DNA of 53,098 nt, filler included, from Squatina squatina (Eukaryota): the NCBI GenBank assembly GCA_031763465.1. It is 3 parts of 3 records of this genome, joined end to end, with 100 filler letters (N's around TTAATTAATTAA, not from the genome) between each part and the next. Parts side by side here need not be neighbours in the genome. Positions count along the whole stretch, not along the records: positions 1 to 16,363 come from JARFOE010000013.1; 2 more parts are not named here. One strand, written 5' to 3'. This document shows positions 1 to 11,955 of this stretch, in pieces (position 1 is the stretch's first letter; the number at the start of each line of letters is the position of its first letter). The notes below the pieces were generated by a model that saw only the letters and a list, made by a program, of their open reading frames with translations, was not told the origin of the DNA and did not search any database. The translations under genes and the position numbers were made by a program.

Positions 1-544
1 AAGAGAAAGGTTGGAACCTAGACAGCCCCCTTCTGGCTGTGATATCCAGGATGAAATCATCTATCTGTTGTATCAGTGAGTGCAATCCCAATTCTCCTTT
101 CAACATTTGTCCCACACCTTACGTTCAATCTGTTATTGACCATCACAGCATCCTCTTGGCCACAACGCTGAAATAAAAGGTACCACAAAGCAAGTTTTCC
201 AATCCAACTTTATATATCTATCCATCCAATATGACATCAAGAAATCAACCCATTACCCTTATGCATTCCCTTCGTGATTGTCTTGTGTGTGCCTTTGCCT
301 ATCCTACTAATGTCACTCAGTGCTACTCCAGTGGCTGCAGCATGGCTAGTGGAAGGCTGCTGCCTTTCAGTGAACACTTCAAATGGCCTTGCTGGTCGAC
401 CTAGAGGAGCTGGTGGCTGGGATTGTCAAATCAAGTGATGGTGTTTCTTTTTTTTTCCTTCCTCTTCTTCACTTTCCTCTCCCTTTTCTTGGTCAACCAC
501 TGGCTGGGCAGGAGATGGCTTTTGAAGATACATTTACTGAAGTT

Positions 545-760
545 GACCACAGGTCTGAGGTCATGAAGCTTCTTTGGACCCTGGAGCCGGTGGTGGGGGT
601 GAGACTGCTGGCAGTAACAGCCTCGGTGATGTTCTTTCTGGAAGGCTTCCTGGCCCCTGTGGGTAGAGGATCTCTCATGCAGTGTTGACCCTCCGCACAA
701 AGCTGGAGTGCTGCGTGCGAGATCCTGGGTGCCCCTTCCCTGCTTTCTGAGCCATTGTGT
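545..760 (-). pseudogene. Decayed Myb/SANT-like (trihelix) accessory ORF of a PIF/Harbinger transposon
   Basis: Frameshifted minus-strand pieces read MAQKAG.., (A)PRISHAALQ, EILYPQG/GARKPSR and LQGPKKLHDLRPVV. These resemble the Harbinger Myb-protein pattern (APRFS..LE.L ... R.ILYP ... W.QCRKKFNDL). A GC-rich, TIR-like end lies near 1180-1198. Confidence 0.55.
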
Positions 761-1254
761 CAGTGCTGAAGCACTTTCCCATTTTTTTAGGTGCGAATGG
801 CAATTCAGTTTAAGAGCTGAAGACTCTCATTTGGGGATTCTTTTTAATGTTAATTTTTCTCTTAGAAGGCAGTTGAGCTGTAAGGGCTGAAAACTGCATA
901 TTTTTACACCATTTTTATTTTTATCATTTCAGAAGGCATTGCTCTTTTAAGAAAACAATAATGCATTGTGTTTTTAAGATCCCACAATGCTTTATGAAAT
1001 CATAGCCTCGCTTTCAGAGGCTGTTGATGCTGCCACGCCACTTGGGAACGCCACATTGGGGCTTGATGCCACGACCAATGCCTCCAGGAGAGCCTTGCAT
1101 GGTGACTTTAGCGCTGGCCTCATAATTATTAGTCCCCAATGCCAATTTTTCAGTCCTGTCAGCACCACCATTTCAGCAGCCATGGATTTCTAGGCCTCTA
1201 TTGCTTCAACTTTAACCTCTTGTGCTTTCCCTTCTCCTTTCATCCCACCCCACT

Positions 1255-2120
1255 TGGAGGACATTGTTCCAGCCACCTAGGCCCCACCTTCTGGAATTAC
1301 TATCCTAAATCCTTCCACCTCTCCACAGGAAGAATTTTAACTCTCAATAATCATCAAGGAAAGAGCAGTAGAGCAGTTAAGATAGAGCGGCTGCATTTCC
1401 TGCTCTTTTCCTGCCAATTCATCATTTTAACACCATTATTTTGGTGGTGGGTTAGGCATTCTGATGGGAGGTTTATTAATCAATTTAAGTCTGGGTCCTA
1501 TGACATAAAAGGGACTCTGATGACATTTTAATCAACTCTTGAATGGGCACCCTCCGCAGCTGCCCACCAGGCAAAGCTGTCGGGAAGCCAGTGAGGCCTT
1601 CTAAAATAAGTTCAAAAAACTTTACATACTAGGGCCAGAAGGGATAGGAGTGCCTCAGAGCCTCTGCTGTCCCAGCTACCTCCCTTTGCCAGCTGCAAGA
1701 CCCTCACAACAGTCCCACTCCCAAACTTAGCTTACTACTGGCAGCCTTCTCCTGGTGCTGGCTGGTGGCATCCGGGCCGCCCGATCTACATCTCCCCTCC
1801 TCCCCCCTTCACCCCTCCTCCTGCACTTATCGCTTTCCACCCGAAATGAGTGAGCACCTGACCAGTGGCATTCAAACGAGCTGCAGTTAAAATCTGCGGC
1901 TTCCGTTGAAGGCTCCCAGGTGGGATTGCCCATCCGCTTCCACTGCGAGTCAAAATCTTCCCTCACCTCTGTCTTCTTTTTTAACACCACCTTTACAACC
2001 CACTTCTTTGACCAAGCTTTAGGGCACACCTCCTAATATCTCTTTCTTTCACTTGATATCCATTTTTATTCTGTGAAATGTGTGGCACAATTTTAAAGGC
2101 AGTATATAAATGCAATTTGT
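1255..2120 (+). mobile_element. L2-type LINE 3' end, split by a MITE insertion
   Basis: cctaggcccc..tctggaatt..cctaaa..cctctccac (to 1326) resumes after 1963 as cacctctgtcttcttttttaa..tttgaccaagcttt and ends in a tatataaatgcaa..gttgtt tail. Confidence 0.55.
1327..1963. mobile_element. Non-autonomous PIF/Harbinger-like element (MITE), about 637 bp
   Basis: Imperfect TIRs aggaagaattttaactc (1327-1343) and gagtcaaaatcttccct (1947-1963), flanked by a 3-bp direct repeat CAC (1324-1326, 1964-1966). Confidence 0.6.
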
Positions 2121-3124
2121 TGTTTGAATTTTCCTTCTTGTAGTTTATAAGGCCATCTAAAACTTTTCAGAATTGGTTTGTTATAATGCAGGATCAACGT
2201 CAATTTGATGTGAAAATCGCATCAAACTGTCAAAATATGCACCATGGTTAGTCATCTGGCATTATTCCAGAGTGAGACCACTTTGTAGAGATAGGCACAC
2301 ATCACTATGGCTTTGCCAAACATTAAAAAGTTCCCAGGTGGTTCCAAATTTTCTTTTTACATTTTTTATGACAGTATAACATTAACATTTTAAATGGTCT
2401 TTGGACACCGATGAGTGTAGCTATGAGTATGTGTGTAAGCATGTATGACCAGAGTTCCAATTTTTCCAACCAAAGAACACTGCAGGCCATCAGTATAATT
2501 TTATTGCCTCTGGCTCACACTACTCCAAACTACATCAAACCTGTGGGGTAATTGGTGCGTAAGATTATTTTCTAGTAATCACTGCTAATCATTACTCCCT
2601 ATAAAATATAAATCAGTACAATCCTGCTGGAACATGCCCTTGTGACTTTCTTTCCAATAGTCACTGTCTAGACTTGCATATGAAAATTGCCACTTGGAAC
2701 ATACCCCAATGTGAGTCACCACCTTCCGAAGAGGAGGAGAGAAATTTGAAGGCAGGAGAAGGGATTCACCATGTGTTTCTGTGAAACATGGGGGCTGCTT
2801 TGCTTCTAAGGGTAAGCACTTCAACCATAATATAATTACCAATAAATGAATCACATTAACCATTTCATGAAGTTGTCAAGTCTTCTTCCCCTGCCATCAG
2901 ACTGGCTCAGTCAAAAATGCATTGTGTGGTCTGGCAGTAAATCCCAGATGCTGTGAAAACCCAGAATCAAACTTTGGTCTGTGCTGGCTGATCTTGAGGG
3001 GATGTGGTGGTGGGCACTGTGCACNNNNNNNNNNNNNNNNNNNNNNNNNNNNNNNNNNNNNNNNNNNNNNNNNNNNNNNNNNNNNNNNNNNNNNNNNNNN
3101 NNNNNNNNNNNNNNNNNNNNNNNN

Positions 3125-3650
3125 CCTGCTCCGCCATTCAATAAGATCATGGCTGTACATCGGCCTCAACTGCACTTTCCCGCCTGATCTCCATATCCCT
3201 AGAGTGCAAAAATCTGTCTATCTCAGTCTTGAGTATACTCAAAGACTCAGCATCCACAATACTTTGGAGCAGAGAATTCCAAAGATTCATAATCCTCTGA
3301 GTGAAAAAATTTCTCCTCATCTCTGTCTTAAATGGCCAACCCCTTATCCTGAAACTATGTCCCCCAGTTCTGGACTCTCCATCCAGAGGAAACAACCTCT
3401 CAGTCCTGTCAGTCCCCTTCAGAATCTTGTATGTTTCAATGACATCACCTCTCATTCTTCTAAACTCCAGTATAGGGCGAACCTACGCAATCTCTCATCA
3501 TAGAACAGCCCCCTCATCCCGGGAATCAATCTAGTGAACCTTCGTTGCACTGCCTCCAAGGCAAGTATATCCTTCCTCAGATAAGGAGACCAAAACTGTG
3601 CACAGTACTCACGATGTGGTCTCATCAAGGCCCTGTACAATTGTAGCAAT
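3125..3650 (-). mobile_element. CR1-type LINE, ORF2 C-terminus and 3' tail (5'-truncated)
   Basis: Translates to LQLYRALMRPHREYCAQFWSPYLRKDILALEAVQRRFTRLIPGM and RRNFFTQRIMNLWNSL, followed by the tail cagccatgatcttattgaatggcggagcagg. Confidence 0.9.
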
Positions 3651-4530
3651 AATTTCTACAAAATAGCTTACCAATTAAAACCTACATTAATTCAGAATGA
3701 AAGTAAAAGGAAGAAACCCCCCTAAATATATGAATTAAATCTGATTTTACCCTATAGAACATACGATAGAAAGGGTGTGCATTAAAACAATGTCATTCTG
3801 CTGTTTTAAAATAGAAGTTTAAGGTTTAGTCCTGTAACTCTTCTAAGAAACGATAGTATCATTTTTGTGTAATCTGTATATCTTTTCTTCTCTCTGATGA
3901 AGCAGATGTACAATAGCTTGTCTAATCCGTATTTTAGCTGCTTATAGTGTTACCCAGCCTTTTCATTGAAAAAACACAACATATGGTGATCATTCTGAGA
4001 GACCGAGTTTTAATTAATAGCATTGCTAGATCCTACAATTAGAACTTCAGTACTTGCTTCAAAATTGCTTAAATAAACAAGGGTTCAACTTCCTGCAGTG
4101 CAATTATTATTTAACATCTTGTGAAGCATAGTGCTATGGGAATCTTAGGGTGTTCACAAATTAGTCCTGCTGTTGAAGAAAACTTAAAACAACATAAGAT
4201 ATAAAATATTATTTTCAACAACAGGTATTAGTAGAATTTTTTAGCCATGGTGTGAATATGATTCTGATGACCCCTCCCTCCCCTGAGTACCATCATTGTA
4301 GATTGTAGGTCTTTGTTCTATCATGGCTAAGATAAAGAATTGCTCCAATCACTGAATGACACAGTTCCTGCCACAGCACCCTGTAAATATTTAAAATGTT
4401 AATTTAAATAAAACATGAGTTTCTTTATTTTATTAAAACTTGTGATATATAAACAAAATACTTGATAGAAGACAGCTGTCTAACTATTTCCCAACCATGA
4501 GAAAGAGCTACATAGCATGTTTGGGATAGA

Positions 4531-4621
4531 GACAGAAAATGCTGGGAATACTCAGCAGGCCAGGCAGCATCTGTGGAGAGAGAAACAGAGTTAACATTTC
4601 AGGTCGATGACCTTTCGTCAG
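4531..4621 (-). repeat. Dispersed repeat (Penelope-like terminal repeat) with hammerhead-like core, copy 1
   Basis: Minus strand reads CTGACGA A AGGTC atc GACCT GAAAT GTT AACT. Same family at 36664, 45085 and 51514. Confidence 0.6.
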
Positions 4622-4624
4622 GTC

Positions 4625-5100
4625 ACGAAGCTGGCAGACATCCGCCGCCAGGACGCCCCTTAAAGGGGAGGTCTTTAGCGTCCTGGGCCGCCATCTTTAT
4701 TTATCAGACGATTCTTGGGTCGGCCCGATAATGGCAGCCCTCGCATCAACTGGGCTGCCATCGTGCAGCCCAGCATTCCCTTTTGGATGCCGGGCTGCTG
4801 GTCTAATTGATCACATCCCTGGTGGCCCAGTGGCGGCCATCGGGCCGCTCTGCAGAGTGCGCAGCGGCCTTCCCCTTTAAATGAAGGGGAGGGGCGTGGT
4901 AACATGTTAGCTGACCTCCGAAGCACGGCGCTAACCTGTTCAATGCTACGCTTGACGCAACAGCGCGCTACCGCCCACTACTGCCCTGGAACTGAAGCGG
5001 ACAGCGCTCCGCTTTATTTCTGGGGTGGTAAGGCCAATGTCACGCCGGGGGGCGGAGAGTTATCGCTCGCATATAGGGTGCTCCGGATTTCCGCACCCTT
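4625..5100. mobile_element. CpG-rich non-autonomous DNA-transposon fragment (Harbinger-like)
   Basis: Abrupt GC/CpG-rich block with cccctt(t)aa and gcgcta motifs shared with other MITE-like blocks here; no credible ORF. Confidence 0.4.
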
Positions 5101-5799
5101 AAAATATTATTCTCATTACCATAGAAACTGACTTGTTTCTTCCTCCAACTTTATATGGTTTTATTTGAACTTGTTGCAAGAAAAGTTAGCGCAAGACAAG
5201 AAACTGGCACCATAATTAAGCAAATTATATTCATTTCAAATTAATTCATAAAATCTTGAAGTAACATTTTCTGGAGGTCATTTCTGTTTACAGTGTGTTT
5301 TGCTTCCACCATGGTGTTACTTGTCATGTTTCAGTAAAAGCCATTCTGGTACATCTCTCTTCCCACGCACCCCACTTAAATTCATTTACTCAGATTGCTT
5401 TAATTTGCAGACGGACGGACAGAATCATATACATTCAGTGATTTGGTCATAAGAACATAGAAGAAGGGCAAGAAAATACCATTCAGCCCATTAATGTTCA
5501 CCCTATCCAGTAGAGAGAGAAACTCATGCACTCCTCTCTTCCAACAGTGCTAACTCCTGGGGCAGATAACAAAAAAAGAGCTGAAAGAAATTGTGGATAA
5601 TTTCTGGAAAAATTCTAGATAATTCTTCGCTAACTCCAGGAGAACATGGTTAACCACAATGATTGCCTCGGTGAATAAAGCTAACCCATACACCCCAATA
5701 TCAGGAATCTATCATGTCCCTTCTTAAAAGATTGTAGAATACCCATCCCACCATAGCCAGTTGCAGAGTATTAACCCACTAAGAGAAGAAATAGGACAA

Positions 5800-6034
5800 C
5801 CAATTCATTATTTTTTTGGGGTGCTAAAGTAGCGTTAGATCGGCGTTAACGGTCTAACGCCAATTTTGGGCGCTAACTTTAGCAAGGGAAAATTCAACTC
5901 CCGTTAACGCTGGCGCTAAATGGGCATTACACCTCTAGCGCTGGAAACTCAGTGTCCATTGCTAGATGGTGTCAATGGCATCATCAGTAGGCGCAATGCC
6001 CGAAATGGCCACCCGCTGACAAATTCGATGAGGT
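5800..6034. mobile_element. MITE fragment related to the element at 11956-12831
   Basis: gttaacgctggcgctaaatgggc is nearly the reverse complement of gcccatttagcgccggcgttaac near 12700-12723. Confidence 0.5.
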
Positions 6035-7188
6035 TNNNNNNNNNNNNNNNNNNNNNNNNNNNNNNNNNNNNNNNNNNNNNNNNNNNNNNNNNNNNNNNNN
6101 NNNNNNNNNNNNNNNNNNNNNNNNNNNNNNNNNNNCCTAAATGAAAGATTTTTAAAAATATAAATAAATAGTGTTTCCACTTGTGGGGAAGAGCAAGCGA
6201 GAGGCCATCAATGCAGGATTGTCACTAAGCTATATTTCAGCAGTTTGTCCAAAGTTCAAATCCATAACATCTTCATTTTGCTTAAAAGTAATATAATTCA
6301 ATGAAAAGAATCTGTCAGAAAACTTTGAAAACAATAAAACATTCTGTGATAAATGAATCTGTTATCTAGGCCACCATGTTAAAATATAATTGCAAAACAC
6401 GGGAACTTCTTTGACATATTTCTCTGCATGCTGTAGCAGGCTCCATTTTTGGTGGGGTGTGGGAAGATTGTGGTCTGTAACCTGTTCAAACCAGTGTTTG
6501 CACAAACCTGGGTGGCTGCTGACAATTAATCCAAGGAATGCAATCATGAAACAGTATAATAATGTAAAGATGAAAATGCAGTGAAAGCGCTTATTTATAC
6601 GTGTAATACTTTCTATCAAAAGAATGGAGGAAAAAAAGCAATGAAAAACATTTAAAACAAAAACCTATTGTGCAAAACCAACATGTCAGGAGATAAACAT
6701 GGCAATTCATGCACATTTTATCAAAATCAATATTTTACTATCTGGTGCACAAAAGTGAGAATCAAAACAGAGGATTTTTCATAACATTCTTAACTTTGGC
6801 ATATGCTGTATTGAATTAAGCATTAGTAGCAGTTAGGCTAATACATTTTATCAACCTATTAGAATTCACTGATTTTTTTTATTCCCAATTTCCCCCTGTT
6901 CTCTCTGAAGGCATTGACTTTTGTTGGCACACAGTTCCACGGGTGCCAGTGGTCCTCTGGATATTGTGTAGGTATTGAGCCAAGTGGGGAATGCAACAGG
7001 GGCCCTGATATTAATGGCGAGCCAGGGAGGGCGTGTGGGAGATTGAAATCGGCCAAAGAACCCGACAAGGCAGGGGAAGTGGAGGCCCTGCTGATCTTAA
7101 TGGCATGCCCTCATTAACATAAAGAAGGACCGCCTCGAGTCTGGCACCCGGCCAAGAGGACAACCTGGCTAGTGGGCGGGAGGGATTA

Positions 7189-7303
7189 ATACATTACAAA
7201 AGTGACTACACTTCAAAAGTACTTCATTGGCTATAAAGTGCTTTGGGATGTCCTGAGGTCGTGAAAGCCGTTATATAAATGCAAATCTTGCTTTCTTTCT
7301 TTA
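7189..7303 (+). mobile_element. SINE 3' tail (DeuSINE/SacSINE1-like), inserted in a GC-rich element spanning about 7000-7471
   Basis: tacattacaaaagtgactacacttcaaaagtacttcattggct...tatataaatgcaaatcttgctttctttcttt; same family at 27970-28375. Confidence 0.65.
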
Positions 7304-7395
7304 CTAGTGGCAGGAGGCTGCAGCCACGGATCCTTGGGGACGGTTTCTGGCACTAGGAAGGGAGCATTAGCTCTTGACAGCAATCAGAATGACTG

Positions 7396-7471
7396 GGGAG
7401 AAGTTGGCGATCAGGGGGACTGGGGGGAGGTCGGCAATTGAGAGGGCTGGGAGGAGGTCGGCAATCGGGAG
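7396..7471 (+). repeat. About 27-bp G-rich tandem repeat, three copies, running into a gap
   Basis: ggggagaagttggcgatcagggggact / ggggggaggtcggcaattgagagggct / gggaggaggtcggcaatcggga. Confidence 0.6.
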
Positions 7472-9227
7472 NNNNNNNNNNNNNNNNNNNNNNNNNNNNN
7501 NNNNNNNNNNNNNNNNNNNNNNNNNNNNNNNNNNNNNNNNNNNNNNNNNNNNNNNNNNNNNNNNNNNNNNNATTCCCACCCCCCCTCCAGACTACCTACA
7601 GCCAAGCGTTTGCCATTTGAGTGATATCACAGCTTAAATTTAAGAGTCCTATTTCTAAGCCTGAAAGCTTCAAATCCTGGCATCATATTAAAAAAAAATC
7701 GGTAACATGCAACCAAATGGGCAGATGGAAATATAGCATCTTTGATCTATTCACAGAAAGTGTATAATATGCTTTGCAGAGTGAAAAGGGTTTAGAAAAG
7801 GCTAATTTGTTCCAAATGTAAAACCTTATGAGATCCATATTTGACAAATTTGTAAAAGATCTTTTGAATCCATCTGTAAAATATTTGTGAAAACCATGAA
7901 AACGTTCAATTTAACCATTAGTCAAAAGGACGTTTTTTTGGGGGGAAAGAAATGCAATCACTTCAACACCATGAACATCTACAGGATGAATTAGTAATTA
8001 AAATAATGTTCCACTGACTCCTTTTTTCTTACTAAGTATAATAATTGGTTTACATTTAGTAACCTAATTTACTGNNNNNNNNNNNNNNNNNNNNNNNNNN
8101 NNNNNNNNNNNNNNNNNNNNNNNNNNNNNNNNNNNNNNNNNNNNNNNNNNNNNNNNNNNNNNNNNNNNNNNNNNCAGTGGATCGGGAACAGTATGGCCAA
8201 AGGTCAAAGTAATAGCCCATTGTGATGCAATGCTACTCAGCCCAGATGTGTTTAAATTGATGTTTAAAGGTTCCAATGGGTAGAAACAAGCAGAGATTCA
8301 AATTATAGACAGCTGATTCACCTTAAAGACTGCTTTTATATCTGCTTGGCTAGTTCATTAGATGGGATAGTGAAACCACCCTTCCCATTGGATTGTACGA
8401 GCAACATGGTTACCAGAAGCTTTTAGTCTTCAGTTCTTCAGTAATCACAGTGATCTTTCTGATTTACTACTTGGATTTTAACAAGGTGTAAATGGAAAGA
8501 CTACTTTTGCAATGCATATGATTAACAATCTAAATTACATGTTAAAAAAAGTCACATTCGGCTAGGAACCGGCAACCTGCACCCACCAGATATATACCAT
8601 TTCTGCTACTTTGCGTTTAGACACTGTCAGAACTGCGTCAATTAATAATAAAAAAAACACCTGATTAGGGCAACACAATCATTTTGTTATGTCTTTAATT
8701 GTCCCCGGTGCCAGAGCAAGAAATCTCAGTGCAAAGTCTCTGACAATCATTTGCATGCAATTCACACTGCTGTACCCTCCCCCAGTGTAATCAGGTTCAA
8801 CCACCTGAAAGGTCATACAGGAAATTCTGCTGGAATGCTCTTTACGTAAACTCAGGTAAACCATTGCGATAATTTCTCTGTCACTCCAATTGTGATCCTC
8901 CCAATTTATCCCTGGTTTCATTATTGTTCAATCCATTGCATAACCTGATTTGTGTATAAATTTTTAGGTGTAATGACGTTGTAGAAACTGCCCAATGGAA
9001 ACAAAAATCGAGCAGTTTCCATAATGGACAGCCAATCTGCAACACCTGTTTAATGGCCAACTGGCAAGCTGAAAATCTATCTCAATGACTCTTCTTGGCC
9101 TGATGTCCTATAAAAAATTCTAATCATGAGTTTCTTCCCCTTGATATCATTTAACTCGATACACAAACTTCCATCTCCAGTAGCATGGCAGCCAAAATAA
9201 TTTTCAAAAATTGTTTTAATCAATTTT

Positions 9228-9312
9228 AGATCAGCCATGATCTTGTTGAATGGCAGAGCAGGCTTGAAGAGCCAAATGGCCTACTCCAGCTCATATTTCT
9301 TATGTTCTCATG
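9228..9312 (+). mobile_element. CR1/HE1-type 3' tail fragment
   Basis: agatcagccatgatcttgttgaatggcagagcaggcttgaagagccaaatggcctactcc..ttcttatgttct; related tails at 34465-34612, 38809-38890, 43042-43091 and 47590-47745. Confidence 0.75.
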
Positions 9313-10044
9313 TAATTTGATTGATTCACCTTCTCTTTCTTATTGGCAGCTGTTGCTGACAACCCATTTTCATGTGTAGCTTTTTGAACTTCATCATTGG
9401 TGGTTTTCATTTCTGCTTGCTACTTGAGGCATCTTTGCCTCTTCAGTTGTGACTTGTTGCTGTTTTATGAATATGAAATCTGAGCCAATCTGATGCACAT
9501 GATACTGAAGTTGGAATATAGACAAGAAAGATGCTTGTAATGTGACAGAAAAAATGTACGCTGGTCAGCTGTTTAATGTTCCCAGTACCAGTCATCATGT
9601 AATTTGAGAACTCTTGTGAATAAATCTATTGTGCATGAATCTATTTATATAAAATTTCATTATAAGGCAAAAAAAATCTACAAACAAGTAAAACATATTT
9701 AAGATTCTTAATATCATCTGCTTAACCTGTATGAATATAGATGCGATCCATCACATTTACCTGTACTCACAGTAGTGCAGGAATCAAAAAGTGATTATGT
9801 TAGAAATAGTTCTCAGTTCCTTCAAAGAAAAGTGCAAGAAGAGACTGAAACATATTAAAATGAACTATTCAGAATTTACAGAGTGTGGTCAGAGTAAACT
9901 GGCAATTGCTAATGACTGGGATTAATTAAGAGCAAAATGGTGACTGCAGCTGCCTTTTAGAATCTTACCTGAGGAATTTGAAAGAGAAAAGGATGTCAGT
10001 AACTTCGAGTATACAAAGGTCTGTGGATATTAATGTAAAACAAT

Positions 10045-10359
10045 GACAAGATGTAGAATCAGTTTGGGTGGAGCTAAGAAACACCAAGGGGCAGAAAACA
10101 TTGGTGGGGGTTGTATATAGGCCTCCAAACAGTATTGGTGATGTCGGGCACGGCATAAATCAGGAAATTCAAAGTGCATGTAACAAGGGTAATACAGTAA
10201 TCAAGTGACACTATAATACGCATATAACCTGGGCAAACCAAACTACCAATAATAATTTGGAGGACGAATTCGTGGAATGTGTACGAGATGGTTTTCTAGA
10301 TCAGTATCTTGAGGAACCTCCTAGGGAACAGGCTATTTTACATCTTGTCTTGTGTATGA
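10045..10359 (+). mobile_element. CR1 LINE ORF2 endonuclease-domain fragment
   Basis: Reads VESVWVELRNTKGQKTLVGVVYRPPNS and FVECVRDGFLDQYLEEPPREQAILHLVLC. Confidence 0.85.
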
Positions 10360-11955
10360 NNNNNNNNNNNNNNNNNNNNNNNNNNNNNNNNNNNNNNNNN
10401 NNNNNNNNNNNNNNNNNNNNNNNNNNNNNNNNNNNNNNNNNNNNNNNNNNNNNNNNNNNATTGAGGCGTTGCTGAATCAGGAGACAATGTAGGTCAGTGA
10501 GCACTCCAAGGATGGTTGCTGTAAGAGTCTAAGGAGTAGTTGCTGGCCTCTCTCATAACTCCTGTAATACGTTTCTGGATGATTTCCAACTCTTATAAGT
10601 TAGTTTAATCAAGCCATACAGAAGGTGGGCTAAAAGCACCTGTCGGGTGTTTCTCAGCACCTGTCAGCTGGCGAGCAAATGCGAGCAGCTACTTTGTGCC
10701 ACTTAACAGATGATTTCTTAGTTGAGAAAGATACAATGGATTTTCCTGCAGCATTTCCTGCAGAATTCGTGCGACTCGCAGAGAATCACCAGCACTGAAA
10801 ACGTCCTGTAATATTTCTGCAATGTGAAAATCGGCCGACGAGAAAAACTTAGTCAATAACATGTAGACATTAATTTGCAGACCCACACGTCAGTTTCAAA
10901 TGTGCCATGTCAGTATTTAGCAAAATCTAGGTTGTTGTAAAATCTTAATGAATGGAAAACTTGTTTTTAACTTTTTTTAATGTAATTCAACAAATTTGTT
11001 CTGGTTATGGTGTATGCAATGCCCACTCTGTTATCAATATCACCTGACTCTCATGAGATGCTGTTTTCCATAATCCACTACTCAGCCACTGAATATCCCA
11101 TTGATACATGCATGTACTGTGCTTCATTGTAAAGAAATAATTCCAGCCCCTGTGTTTGCCATCATCAATAAATCACTATTAGAATTTGTGTCCATTTTAA
11201 ATGACCTGATTTATATTTGGTACATTTGGAGGAACTTAAGTTGCTTAGTGTCCCAAATGACATATCTAAATCTTTCTTTTGAAAGATTATATGTGAAAGA
11301 GAGACATCCATATTTTATCAAAACTGTTATAATCTCCACAGTAAATCAGTTGAGGAGTATGAGAGTTTCTTTGATATCTGCCGGACTAATCTGACAACTG
11401 AAGCTTTCAGTTTGTTTCAGGCTGAACCAAACCCAATTCCAGTTGTGTGACCTGCTCGTGACCCATACCAAAGATGGTTGTAATCATATGACATTAACGT
11501 GATTGGATTTAGTGACATCAAAGTAATAAGTTACACAGCTTTCTAGTTCAGCTCCAGAAAAAAAAGCACACGAGCTGGCTTGATCTCATCTCAATTCAAT
11601 CAAAAATAAGATTTCTTTCCTAATTTATGAGAATGTTGAGACAAGAATGATGTAATTCTTGGAGAACATCTAATATTTATGTTTTTGTTTAATTTGGATG
11701 TTTGAGTTTACTTTAAAAGATGGCAGCATGTTGCTGGAAATCAAACTCATCACTCTACTCTCGTTTTAAAAAATCAAACTATATTTATAGTTTCTCACAT
11801 TAATATCTCATCTGCTTGGACAGTTTGCCTCATGGAAAAGGCTCAAGCTTCAAAGATAATCTGAACCATTATTGAGTTTATCCGACTGGAGTCATAACAA
11901 ATAACAAAATACACTCATAATTTTTGTATTTCTGTATCATGATAATCAGCTTTCA

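Noticed and set aside
4601-4613. AGGTCGaTGACCT as a nuclear-receptor element
   Set aside because: It is the stem-II hairpin of the dispersed repeat, and the spacing does not fit an ERE.
4625-5100. CpG-island promoter
   Set aside because: Shares motifs with the other MITE-like blocks and truncates another repeat, so a transposon origin is more likely.
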